A stretch of DNA of 64,000 nucleotides from Oscillospiraceae bacterium (GCA_031271865.1 JAISUW010000044.1:589-64588); one strand, 5' to 3'; positions 47,101 to 55,124 are shown, numbered from the stretch's first letter. A program made the numbers and translations. The notes: generated by a model not told the origin, from the letters alone.

Positions 47101-47541
47101 CTTAATACCTCCGACCGCTACGGCAAGTACAGCGGCGCGCTCCCGAGCGGCCGGCGCAAGGGTCTATCCCTCGCCAACAGCGTCATGCCGGACCATGGTG
47201 CGAGCTATGACGACCTCCTCTCCGCGCTGAATGATGTGGCAAAAATTAATTTTGCAGACTTCGCCGTCAATGGCACTACGCTTACACTGACCATTGATGC
47301 CGCGCTCTTCCCCGGCGAGGCAGGGGTACGCAACCTTTCGGAGATTTTCAAGACCTACCTCACTACCGGGGGGATGCAAATTCAGCCGAACGTGGTCAGC
47401 CGAGAATTGCTTTTGGAGGCCTATGAGCATCCCGAGAAGCACCCTTACCTTATGGTCCGCGTTGCAGGGTACTGCGCTTACTTCCAAGAGCTTTCAGATG
47501 AGCTGAAGAAGATAATAATAGCGCGTACGTGTTACAATTAA
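44116..47541 (+). CDS. fused glycyl-radical enzyme activase (radical SAM) and PFL2-type glycyl radical enzyme
   Basis: One uninterrupted ORF (the longest form starts at 44083; the ATG at 44116 follows AAAGGAGA). The N-terminus has GCGLRCLWCQNPE (CxxxCxxC) and GGGVTLSGGEPLL. The C-terminal ~870 aa have the GCVEP Cys loop and the MVRVAGYCAYF glycyl-radical motif. Confidence 0.85.
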   Translation: MSVAVIRKTSRTDTSADTHTIAKIQRTCVHDGTGLRTTVFFKGCGLRCLWCQNPENLTAEPRAEDLHLTTAELVQILKKDAKYYKATGGGVTLSGGEPLLQKKDFLLELLTALKAEGIHTAVETTLHAPWETIEAAAPLVDLFLVDFKVCGDIALHEKLTGQADTRIRENAKKLTDLRGTEGIRIRMVVVPGCNDSEAQLHDAAEYVRFLGFDTIELLQYWTFYEEKAEKFGIKIPQLGIPQKKALSALQTAAAYLRGTGLNVWSDSLQPPPYHAQFTDRVKRIRQELWEAPREICFETSFLKTDYYKKGKGFSKPVPIHRSERLKYVLGKRTIHVYDGELLVGNFTAKRVAGQIWEEQYGALYVTFLYKAARQTPVSFFSTKEERSRFYRDVLPYWLPKCIVGKFLGANGIKGALQTFSSVAEQKVGFLNNFAAIAHFVPNYERILENGTTGLKRECLRLMKEHPENNTDFYKGVYIGLDALELFGARYAEELKRLARDCTDSVRKAELEQMAETCARVPKYPARTFREALQAITFLQIALCTEAYENAVSFGRFDQLLNPYYERDVAAGIIDYEGAKELLALFVLKMDECILVNDGDSLLNIGKLFETLSTDQSMTFGGDKPDGTDGTNDITYMLCDICELTPLAVNMCGRVSPNSPQKYLDRLAQLYVGGCPMPELFSDKEYFDALKRHYHESDANCRDWPVIGCVEPFASHEHFGNTDSANMNVTLPLLQAMKGQEKDLWNFGLVEQLEKFVTRVLEFSFYNNKENGIRTWRENHDAWHDKLRGLTNVNPAASMEQLERRYQARLTHLAQSILADQQKLEAMLQKDFQTPLASCLYESCMERGKDTYEGGADYNSAGIQAVGITDAAESFYVIEKLVFEQQKYTMAELIEAVDSNFAGGKNEQIRSDILALPRFGDDMDDRVNYWVTRVMQMYNIALAQCPFTVRRRALPDARDRRVLPCYAEDFTGDIYDTPAGKSVNPPNACFTAGYYALNTSDRYGKYSGALPSGRRKGLSLANSVMPDHGASYDDLLSALNDVAKINFADFAVNGTTLTLTIDAALFPGEAGVRNLSEIFKTYLTTGGMQIQPNVVSRELLLEAYEHPEKHPYLMVRVAGYCAYFQELSDELKKIIIARTCYN

Positions 47542-47563
47542 TTAATTAATTGATTCCCAACCC

Positions 47564-47591
47564 TTGACAAATCAGCCGAATGTGGTATAAT
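47564..47591 (+). promoter_or_regulatory. sigma-A promoter for the transketolase genes
   Basis: TTGACA (47564-47569), a 16-nt spacer, then TGgTATAAT (47586-47591). Confidence 0.6.
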
Positions 47592-47633
47592 AATCAGAGT
47601 GCAAAGAAACCAATAAGCGGAAAGGATAAGACT

Positions 47634-48476
47634 ATGACACCCGAACGCGAGAAAGAATTAGAGGTGCTGGCTTGCAAGGCAAGGCTGGGCATTCTCGAGG
47701 GCGTTTTCAACGCCAAATGCGGCCATCCGGGAGGCAGCCTCTCGGCGGCGGAAATTCTGACGTACCTGTACTTTGAGCAAATGAACGTGGATCCTTCAAA
47801 CCCCAAAGCAGAGAACCGGGATCGCTTCGTCCTCTCCAAGGGTCATGTGGCACCGGGACTGTACGCTGTTTTGGCACTACGCGGCTTCTTCCCGGTGGAA
47901 GATTTGAAGAGCTTGCGCAAGAACGGCTCCTACTTGCAGGGGCATCCTTCCATGAAGTTATGTCCCGGTGTAGATATGTCCACCGGTTCCCTCGGACAGG
48001 GCATTTCTGCGGCTGTCGGAATGGCACTTGGTGCCAAGGTTGCTGGGAACGGTGTGCGCGTCTATACGCTCTGCGGCGACGGCGAGATTGAGGAAGGTCA
48101 GGTTTGGGAGGCCGCAATGTTCGCCGGGAATAAGAAACTGGATAATCTCGTGGCAGTCATTGATTACAATGGCTTGCAGATTGACGGCTCTCTGGAGGAA
48201 GTGAACTCTCCCGCACCCATTCCGGAGAAATTCGCGGCATTTGGTTGGAACGTATTAGAGATTGATGCCCATAGCTTCCCGGCAATTGAGGCGGCTTTCG
48301 CACTGACCCCCTCCGCCGACGGCAAACCGACGTGCATTGTCGCTAAGTCGGTAAAAGGCAAGGGTGTGTCGTACATGGAGAACCAAGCTTCTTGGCATGG
48401 TGCGGCTCCCAACGCAGAGCAGTATGCCCAAGGGAAAGAAGAACTCGAAGCCGCCTTAGCGGCCCTGACAGCATAA
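47634..48476 (+). CDS. transketolase, N-terminal (TPP-binding) subunit
   Basis: GHPGGSLSAAE, LSKGH and the GDGEIEEG TPP motif. A split-type transketolase. Confidence 0.9.
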   Translation: MTPEREKELEVLACKARLGILEGVFNAKCGHPGGSLSAAEILTYLYFEQMNVDPSNPKAENRDRFVLSKGHVAPGLYAVLALRGFFPVEDLKSLRKNGSYLQGHPSMKLCPGVDMSTGSLGQGISAAVGMALGAKVAGNGVRVYTLCGDGEIEEGQVWEAAMFAGNKKLDNLVAVIDYNGLQIDGSLEEVNSPAPIPEKFAAFGWNVLEIDAHSFPAIEAAFALTPSADGKPTCIVAKSVKGKGVSYMENQASWHGAAPNAEQYAQGKEELEAALAALTA

Positions 48477-48490
48477 GGAGGATTTGAGGA

Positions 48491-49444
48491 ATGGCTGAGA
48501 TTAAAAAGACCGCTACCCGCGATGCCTACGGTAAAGCCCTTGTAGACTTGGGCGCACAGAACGAGAAACTCCTGGTGTTGGATGCCGACCTTGCCGCTGC
48601 CACCAAGACCGGCGCGTTTAAGAAAGCCAACCCCGACCGCTTCTTTGACTGCGGTATTGCAGAGCAGAACCTGATGGGCGTTGCCGCAGGACTGACGACC
48701 ATGGGTTTTACCGTGTTCGCCTCTACGTTTGCGATGTTCGCCGCCGGCCGCGCCTTTGAACAGGTGCGCAACACCATAGGATACCCGCACATCCCCGTCA
48801 AAATCGGCGCGACCCATGCCGGCATCTCCGTTGGGGAGGACGGCGCTTCCCACCAATGCTGTGAGGATATAGCCCTCATGCGCACCATTCCCGGAATGAC
48901 CATTATTAACCCTGCGGATGCCCGCGAAGCCTATACCGCTGTTTTTGAAGCGGCAAAGCTGGATGGTCCTGTGTACCTGCGCTTCGGCCGCTTGGCTGTC
49001 CCTGAGGTGTTCGGCGAGGACTATACGATAGAAATCGGAAAGGGCGTGGAGTTGAAGCCCGGTACGGATGTGACCATCGCCGCCACCGGACTGATGGTCA
49101 ATGAGGCAAACATTGCCGCCGAGCAGCTCGCTGCTGCGGGCATTTCGGCGCGTGTGCTGAATATCCACACCATAAAGCCTTTGGATACGGAGATTCTCAT
49201 CAAAGCCGCCAAGGAAACCGGCGCTATTGTTACAGCCGAAGAGCATTCTGTCATCGGCGGCTTAGGGGGTGCCGTGGCAGAAGCGCTTTCGGACATTTAT
49301 CCGGTGCCGGTGCTGCGCGTCGGTGTTCAGGATGTGTTCGGTTCTTCCGGTCCGGCTGTAGAGATGCTCCATGTGTACGGTTTGGATGCCGCGCATATTG
49401 TTGAAAAAGCGAAGGCAGCGATTGCCCTTAAGCAAAGGGCATGA
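48491..49444 (+). CDS. transketolase, C-terminal (pyrimidine-binding) subunit
   Basis: FFDCGIAEQNLMGVAAG and HAGISVGEDGASHQ. Confidence 0.9.
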   Translation: MAEIKKTATRDAYGKALVDLGAQNEKLLVLDADLAAATKTGAFKKANPDRFFDCGIAEQNLMGVAAGLTTMGFTVFASTFAMFAAGRAFEQVRNTIGYPHIPVKIGATHAGISVGEDGASHQCCEDIALMRTIPGMTIINPADAREAYTAVFEAAKLDGPVYLRFGRLAVPEVFGEDYTIEIGKGVELKPGTDVTIAATGLMVNEANIAAEQLAAAGISARVLNIHTIKPLDTEILIKAAKETGAIVTAEEHSVIGGLGGAVAEALSDIYPVPVLRVGVQDVFGSSGPAVEMLHVYGLDAAHIVEKAKAAIALKQRA

Positions 49445-49533
49445 GTCTTGCAATCGGCAAGAAACAATACTGTCCGGGAGGCGCATCCTTTGCGTCTCCT
49501 GTAAGCATTTTGGATAAAAAAACACTTGTACCC

Positions 49534-49562
49534 TTGACAAACCCTGCCAAATATGATACAAT
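49534..49562 (+). promoter_or_regulatory. sigma-A promoter for tRNA-Leu
   Basis: TTGACA (49534-49539), a 17-nt spacer, then TGaTACAAT (49557-49562). Confidence 0.65.
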
Positions 49563-49575
49563 TACAGAAAGTCAT

Positions 49576-49658
49576 GCGGACGTGGCGGAATTGGCAGACG
49601 CGCCGGTCTTAGGAGCCGGTGGGCAACCATGCGGGTTCAAGCCCCGCCGTCCGCACCA
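49576..49658 (+). tRNA. tRNA-Leu (anticodon UAG), CCA encoded
   Basis: Acceptor stem GCGGACG/CGTCCGC, anticodon stem-loop CCGGT-CTTAGGA-GCCGG, a long variable arm, T-arm GCGGG-TTCAAGC-CCCGC and a terminal ACCA. Confidence 0.95.
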
Positions 49659-49665
49659 TAATCTT

Positions 49666-49706
49666 GAAAGAAGCCTTGTTAAATATGGCTTCTTTTGTGG
49701 TTTTGC
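49666..49706 (+). terminator. intrinsic terminator after tRNA-Leu
   Basis: A GAAAGAAGCC / GGCTTCTTT stem followed by TGTGGTTTTGC. Confidence 0.65.
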
Positions 49707-49780
49707 TTGGCAGCTTGTCCGAATTGTGCAATAACCGGAAAAATTCGGTAACAAAACTATCAATTTTCACAGTTTATCTA

Positions 49781-49809
49781 TTGACTTTTCAAGTAAGAAG
49801 TTCTATAAT
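49781..49809 (+). promoter_or_regulatory. sigma-A promoter for the LRR surface protein
   Basis: TTGACT (49781-49786), a 17-nt spacer, then TATAAT (49804-49809). Confidence 0.6.
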
Positions 49810-49846
49810 TAAGGTAGCATCTTTCAAATTATATGGAGGGATTTCT

Positions 49847-51490
49847 ATGAAAACACACACACTCAGGCGCGCCCTTGCGGTTCTGCTTACCCTACTGATG
49901 ATTGGCGGCGGCGGTATAGGACTGATGCCCGGTGCATCTGCAGACGGTTTGGATGACTGGACCTTTGAAGTCAGTTCAAACAAAGCAACCATCACAGGTT
50001 ATACCGGTTTCGCAACCGAAGTCACGACACCCACCAAAGACGCAAACAATGTCGCCGTCACGGGCATAGAAACCGGGGCGTTTACAAGCACATCCATCAC
50101 GAAGCTCACCATCTCCGAAGGCATCACGAAGATTGCCAGCGGCTCTTTCGCCGGCAATACAGTTCTGGAAGAGGTCGTGTTTCCCAAATCGCTTTCCATA
50201 ATCGGAACAAGCGGGACGGGTGCCTTTGAGGGCTGCACCGCGCTCACCACCATCCGTTTTACCCGCGGTACGAGTGCGCCGACGGCCAGCATAGGTGCAT
50301 CTGCATTCAAGGACTGTACCGCGCTGGTTTCCATCCGCATCCCCTCGAATTTCAAGACCATCGGTTTGAATTCGTTCAATGGTTGCTCCGCGTTGACTTC
50401 CGTGGTTCTGGAAGAGGGCGGTTCCGGCAGTTACTACATTTATGCCGGAGCATTTGCCAATTGCCGGGCATTGACTTCTATCCACATCCCCACGCTTTTC
50501 TCTTCTATTGCCTCCCCGGATGCCTCCGCCACTCCGCCGGTAGTCGGAGCGTTTGACGGTAGTCCGGATGTTGAAATCTGCACCACATCCATGGAGTCTA
50601 CACCCTATCGTTACGCTGAACAACTGGATTTGGATCGCGATGTCTGTGTGGCAGGTTCCTCAAACCACGCGCAACCGCTCAAGAGTTACTCCATGACAGT
50701 CAAAAACTGGGACGGCTCCATTCTGGTAGCGGCAACGACACGTGAAGTCGGCGATACTGTTGAACTCCCCACAACCGAACCAACGCGTGAAGGCTATACG
50801 TTCGAGGGTTGGGTCGTTTCTTCCGGCACCGGCTCCGTTAGCGAGAGCGGCGGCGTATATACTTTCACTTACGCTGTGAATGCAACCACCGGAAATGTAT
50901 CAAATGCCATTGTGCAGCCGCAATTCGTCGGCTTGGATTACAGCTTCAGCATCTCCGGCGGTACGGCGTTTGTCAGAGGCACCCAGACTGCCGCCGGCAC
51001 AACAGCGAAAGCAGGCGATACATTTGACATCCGTGCCGGGGATGCCCCCGCCGGTAAGGTGTTTGACAAATGGGTAGTGTCTTCCGGTACCGTAACAACA
51101 GCGACAAACAAGAACACCATCTTCACCATGGGTGCCGGCAATGCTACCGTCACCGCGACCTATAAGACCGATGTCCCGACAGCAAAGAGTGCCACGACCA
51201 TTGTTATCCCTTATAAAGGCAGCGCAATGCTGGAAGTTGCAACTGCCAATTCCGCCACCAATTACACCTATAACTGGACGGCAAATGTAGAGGGCGCTTC
51301 TTTACAGCTGAACGCGCAGGACACAACAGCAAAAATGCAGGTTGCGTCCATCCGCGGTAGCGGTTACAGCGGAACCGCAACAGTAACTGCAAGCACCTCC
51401 GCCGGCACGGTAACATTCAATGTGACCGTCCAAACACAATGGTGGCAGTGGCTCATCATCGTCCTCTTGCTCGGCTTCCTTTGGTATTGA
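49847..51490 (+). CDS. BspA-type leucine-rich-repeat surface protein with Listeria-Bacteroides (InlB B-type) repeats and a C-terminal TM anchor
   Basis: Has a signal peptide and repeated ...I..IG..AF.GC.AL..I.IP units. TREGYTFEGWVVSSG-type repeats follow, and the C-terminal segment is WWQWLIIVLLLGFLWY. The track start at 49619 overlaps the tRNA and is rejected. Confidence 0.85.
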   Translation: MKTHTLRRALAVLLTLLMIGGGGIGLMPGASADGLDDWTFEVSSNKATITGYTGFATEVTTPTKDANNVAVTGIETGAFTSTSITKLTISEGITKIASGSFAGNTVLEEVVFPKSLSIIGTSGTGAFEGCTALTTIRFTRGTSAPTASIGASAFKDCTALVSIRIPSNFKTIGLNSFNGCSALTSVVLEEGGSGSYYIYAGAFANCRALTSIHIPTLFSSIASPDASATPPVVGAFDGSPDVEICTTSMESTPYRYAEQLDLDRDVCVAGSSNHAQPLKSYSMTVKNWDGSILVAATTREVGDTVELPTTEPTREGYTFEGWVVSSGTGSVSESGGVYTFTYAVNATTGNVSNAIVQPQFVGLDYSFSISGGTAFVRGTQTAAGTTAKAGDTFDIRAGDAPAGKVFDKWVVSSGTVTTATNKNTIFTMGAGNATVTATYKTDVPTAKSATTIVIPYKGSAMLEVATANSATNYTYNWTANVEGASLQLNAQDTTAKMQVASIRGSGYSGTATVTASTSAGTVTFNVTVQTQWWQWLIIVLLLGFLWY

Positions 51491-51516
51491 TCTGTAATTC
51501 TGATTTAGAGATAATG

Positions 51517-51554
51517 CACAGCCCGCGTCGTTGACGCAGGCTGTGTGTGGTTTT
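51517..51554 (+). terminator. intrinsic terminator between convergent genes
   Basis: A CACAGCCCGCGTC / GACGCAGGCTGTG stem (one mismatch) followed by TGTGGTTTT. Confidence 0.65.
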
Positions 51555-51565
51555 GCCGGATTGGA

Positions 51566-52258
51566 TTACTTAGAAGCTGCAAATGCTTTCTGCAAGCCTT
51601 GGATGACTTTCTTCTCAATGCGGGATACATAAGAGCGGGAGATGTTCAGCTTTTTGGCGACTTGCCGCTGCGTGTGGTATTCATTTCCGTAAAGACCATA
51701 GCGCATGATAAGTATTTCTTTTTCCCTGGCTATCGGCATTTTTTCCACATAATCATAGAGCTTCTCAACCTTTATCTTTAGGTCAATTTCGTCAGCTATG
51801 GTGTCGTCCATGAAGATAACATCCATGAGCGTCAAGGGATTGCCTTCGTTATCAATGTCAATCGGCTCGGACATGGACACATCCTGCGCTGTTTTCTTCT
51901 GGTTGCGGAAGCACATGAGGATTTCGTTGTCTATGCAGCGGGCAGCGTATGTCGCGAGGCGGGCACCTTTTTCGATATTGAAAGTATTTATCGCCTTTAT
52001 GAGACCGATGGTACCGACACTAATGAGGTCGTCTTGGTCTGTGCAGGTCGCATAGTATTTCTTTATCACATGAACCACGAGCCGCAGGTTGTGCTCTATC
52101 AGTTTGTCTCGGGCGGCGCGGTCATTGGCGGCAGCGCGGTGCAGCAGTTCGGTTTCTTCTTCTGCGGATAGCGGCGGCGGGAAAGAGGATGTATTGGTTA
52201 AGTGGAGTGCCCAGAACAAGAATCGGGAAGCTATTGCGTCAAGAATGGCGTGGAACAT
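51566..52258 (-). CDS. sigK: sporulation sigma factor sigma-K (pro-form), uninterrupted
   Basis: A hydrophobic pro-sequence followed by SFPPPLS. IEHNLRLVVHVIKK, ATYAARCIDNEILM and ISRSYVSRIEKK match SigK more closely than SigE. Confidence 0.75.
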   Translation of the reverse strand: MFHAILDAIASRFLFWALHLTNTSSFPPPLSAEEETELLHRAAANDRAARDKLIEHNLRLVVHVIKKYYATCTDQDDLISVGTIGLIKAINTFNIEKGARLATYAARCIDNEILMCFRNQKKTAQDVSMSEPIDIDNEGNPLTLMDVIFMDDTIADEIDLKIKVEKLYDYVEKMPIAREKEILIMRYGLYGNEYHTQRQVAKKLNISRSYVSRIEKKVIQGLQKAFAASK

Positions 52259-52370
52259 ACCGTATCGTCCCTTTCACATAACGGTGGATTTACTCTAACC
52301 TACTCTATGAAAGGGACAAAGTTTCACATACCGCATTTTTGTATGCCTTTTACGCTACTGAAAAAACTTC

Positions 52371-52399
52371 TTGACAAATGCATAGAATTGTTTTAATAT
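52371..52399 (+). promoter_or_regulatory. sigma-A promoter
   Basis: TTGACA (52371-52376), a 17-nt spacer, then TAATAT (52394-52399). Confidence 0.55.
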
Positions 52400-52441
52400 A
52401 TAAGTAAAAGAGCTTCAGTTTGAACAGAGGAAGTGACCGCA

Positions 52442-53974
52442 ATGGCTGAACCGGAAACCAACTCGTCGGAGAGCGTACCATCCCCGGAACCTACGCAGGT
52501 AAAGACCAAATCCAAGCGCTATGTCGGATCCCGTGAGACTCTCGCATACATACTCTTTGATGTGGCAGCCTCTGTCGGAATCGGCAAGCAAGGCGGTGAA
52601 TTCACAGACCGCATCTTGAACATCAGCAAAGGCTGGCAGGCTGCCGTCACGCCGATAACGACAGCATGGGACATTATCAATGATCTCTTTGTTGCGGCAT
52701 TTGTGGAGAAGACACGCACGCGCTTCGGGAAGTTCCGCCCATGGCTCATTGCATACCCCATCTACGGTATACCGATGACCATGATGTCCTACCTCTTGCC
52801 ATACATCTTTTGGGGGACGGATGCCGGCTTTCTCCCGAAGATTATTACATGGGCTGTCCTCAATATGTTCAACGAGATGACAGGCACGCTTAATGGTATC
52901 TGCCGCACGGGCATGGTGGTCAATATCACCCCGGATCCCGGAGAACGGTTGCTGCTGATAAACAAAGCAAACTTCTGGAGCATGTTCGGGGAAGAGTTAC
53001 CGCAGCAGATTTTCAGCATCCTCATGGATGTCATCGCCCGGCAGACCGCGAAGTTTACCAAAGAGATGATTAACCTCAAGATGCGCCGTTGGTTCCTCAT
53101 CTTCGGCGAGGGCACGATTATCATCTCCGGCTTATTCAGCCTCTGGTTTGCGTGGGTGTCGCGGGAGCGTGTGGTCGGAACGGAACAAAGCCGCGAGAAG
53201 CCGCCGACCATTCGGGAGTCTTTCATAGCCTTGCGCAAAAACCGACCGCTGTTTATGCTTATGATTTCAGAGATTTTGGGCGGTTTTTCCATCAAGGGAC
53301 AGATGAGTACCTATACCAACTCCATTCTGAACTTCCGCAACTTCGGAACGGTAATGGGTATTCCGGGAGCACCGATTTCATATATCGCCTATGCTTGGGT
53401 GCCGCCGCTGCGCCGAAAGTTTTCCACGAAATTCCTCTGGTTGGCCGGCAATCATATCATGCAGCCTTTTAATATCATTATCTACTTTTTAGGACTGATA
53501 CGCCGGAAAGGGCAGCCGCTTTTCCTTCAGTTGGTTCCCATGCTGATTATCTACGCCGTTTACAATTGTATCCATATGTGTGTCTGGCCGCTCAACAAGG
53601 TCATCGGCGAGGAAATTCGCAATGAGTGCATAGACTATGGCGAATGGAAGTCCGGAATGCGCTCCGAGGCAATGGTCGGCACCCTGCGCTCTTTCCCTTC
53701 GAAGATTACCAATGCCGTCGGCAGTACCGTTACCAATGCCATCATGGAAATGATAGGCTTTCAGACAGGCTTAGATTATAACAACCAATCGGAAAAAACT
53801 GCACAGGGCGTTTTCGCTATGGCAACGATTATCCCTACCCTCTCCGGCTTGATTGGTCTGATTCCGAAACTCTTCTTCAACATCAACCAGAAAGACCGAG
53901 AACAAATGTATGCCGAACTCGCTGAGCGCCGCGCCCGAATCGCTGCCGAGATGAACGCACAAATCGGGGAGTAG
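52442..53974 (+). CDS. MFS/GPH-like transporter
   Basis: A polytopic 12-TM profile and a GPH-like N-terminal region (DIINDLFVAAFVEKTRTRFGKFRPW). The ATG at 52442 follows AGAGGAAG; the track uses the GTG at 52433. Confidence 0.7.
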   Translation: MAEPETNSSESVPSPEPTQVKTKSKRYVGSRETLAYILFDVAASVGIGKQGGEFTDRILNISKGWQAAVTPITTAWDIINDLFVAAFVEKTRTRFGKFRPWLIAYPIYGIPMTMMSYLLPYIFWGTDAGFLPKIITWAVLNMFNEMTGTLNGICRTGMVVNITPDPGERLLLINKANFWSMFGEELPQQIFSILMDVIARQTAKFTKEMINLKMRRWFLIFGEGTIIISGLFSLWFAWVSRERVVGTEQSREKPPTIRESFIALRKNRPLFMLMISEILGGFSIKGQMSTYTNSILNFRNFGTVMGIPGAPISYIAYAWVPPLRRKFSTKFLWLAGNHIMQPFNIIIYFLGLIRRKGQPLFLQLVPMLIIYAVYNCIHMCVWPLNKVIGEEIRNECIDYGEWKSGMRSEAMVGTLRSFPSKITNAVGSTVTNAIMEMIGFQTGLDYNNQSEKTAQGVFAMATIIPTLSGLIGLIPKLFFNINQKDREQMYAELAERRARIAAEMNAQIGE

Positions 53975-53980
53975 GCGCAG

Positions 53981-54049
53981 GCGGCCGCATTGCGGCCGCA
54001 AGATAGGGACCGCAATGCGGTCCCCCCGCCGGGCGCGCAATGCGCGCCC
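53981..54049 (+). repeat. REP-like triple-hairpin element, copy B
   Basis: GCGGCCGC-ATT-GCGGCCGC (53981-53999), GGGACCGC-AAT-GCGGTCCC (54006-54024) and GGGCGCGC-AAT-GCGCGCCC (54031-54049). The pitch is 25 nt, with a CCCGCC linker before hairpin 3. Confidence 0.85.
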
Positions 54050-54082
54050 CTAGGCAGGCGGTAAACACATAGATTCTGTTTT

Positions 54083-54982
54083 TTACTTCGTATTGAACTC
54101 CACGCGGACATCCGCATTGACCTGCGGGAATTCAGAGGCTTCGAAGAAGAGAACTTTAACCAAAAGCCCGGCGCAGCGCATACCCATATCGTAGCCCCAA
54201 GAGCCGGAGATGACTTTACCGGTTTCGGCATTTACTGTCACTTTTATGACAGCATTGGTGTACTTGAGTTTGATGGTATCGCCGGCATTCTGGATGTCAA
54301 TTCCGAGGTTCTTCATATTAGCCAGCGGCTCTGCAATGCCGTCCAAGACGGCAATTCCGCGCCCCACGCTGCCTTCATTTGTTTTGCCGTTGATGCCGTC
54401 GGTTTGGTCTTTGAGTTTGAGTGTAATGACAGTATTGCCGTCTTTCGTTTCGGCTGAAGCGGATTTAATATCGCTTGCTTTCAAGGCTTGCGGAGAACCT
54501 GGGAAGACGGTAAGTTCTTCGGCATATCCGCCTACAATGCTCTTGAATATCGGCGTGGCGGCCTTGCTGATGGCTGAGGTTTCGCCGTTTTCACCATAGA
54601 TCTCTCCTTGCAGGACGCTGGATTTGGACGTGGCTATGGCGGCGTTAGCGGCGGCGACTCTTTTGTATAACGCCAGTACGGAAGCGATGTCTGTGCTTGC
54701 CAGCTCATAGGGAGCGGTAGGTTTGGCTGTTGAAGCGGTCGTTTCGGCAGCAGTAGGAACAGAGGTTGTGCTTATAGAAGCGGAAGTGCTTTCCGCCGCC
54801 GCGAGCGTGTTTTCGTTGGGGAGGGGGTATAAGGTGGTCTCCGACGGTGTCGTTTCCACAGCAGAGGTATAGACCTCGTCTGTAGCTGCGGTCAAATCAG
54901 AGGTTTCCTCCGGTGTATTGCCGCAGGAGATTAGACTGAGGGTCAGTCCGACGAGTAATAACAGAACAAGTGTTCGTTTCAT
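54083..54982 (-). CDS. lipoprotein (hypothetical)
   Basis: A signal peptide with the lipobox LSLISC, then a Thr/Ser/Ala-rich linker and a beta-rich domain. Confidence 0.7.
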   Translation of the reverse strand: MKRTLVLLLLVGLTLSLISCGNTPEETSDLTAATDEVYTSAVETTPSETTLYPLPNENTLAAAESTSASISTTSVPTAAETTASTAKPTAPYELASTDIASVLALYKRVAAANAAIATSKSSVLQGEIYGENGETSAISKAATPIFKSIVGGYAEELTVFPGSPQALKASDIKSASAETKDGNTVITLKLKDQTDGINGKTNEGSVGRGIAVLDGIAEPLANMKNLGIDIQNAGDTIKLKYTNAVIKVTVNAETGKVISGSWGYDMGMRCAGLLVKVLFFEASEFPQVNADVRVEFNTK

Positions 54983-55015
54983 AAATTCTTCCTTTCCAAC
55001 GGGGAGGCTGCTACT

Positions 55016-55044
55016 ATTCTACAGCAAATGTCGCAGAAAGTCAA
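55016..55044 (-). promoter_or_regulatory. sigma-A promoter for the lipoprotein gene
   Basis: On the minus strand: TTGACT (55044-55039), a 17-nt spacer, then TAGAAT (55021-55016). It is back-to-back with the iolC-like promoter. Confidence 0.55.
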
Positions 55045-55052
55045 GAAAATCC

Positions 55053-55081
55053 TTGCAAATTCCCGGCAAATGGTGTATAAT
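55053..55081 (+). promoter_or_regulatory. sigma-A promoter for the iolC-like gene
   Basis: TTGCAA (55053-55058), a 17-nt spacer, then TATAAT (55076-55081). Confidence 0.6.
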
Positions 55082-55124
55082 ACCTATATCACTCGGCGCT
55101 TATATTCTACACATGGAGGCTCTT

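Noticed and set aside
47539-47560. The TAATTAATTAATTAATTGA run after the glycyl-radical gene.
   Set aside because: It supplies stop codons in all three frames but has no hairpin or repeat partner elsewhere. I treat it as low-complexity 3' sequence, not a functional element.
48164-49246. A 360-aa minus-strand ORF.
   Set aside because: It is antisense to the two transketolase subunit genes and spans their intergenic gap. No motifs were found, so it is a shadow ORF. The same reasoning applies to 12750-13697, 14409-15095, 29306-30310, 32918-34021, 39296-40204, 45859-46599 and 37443-38195.
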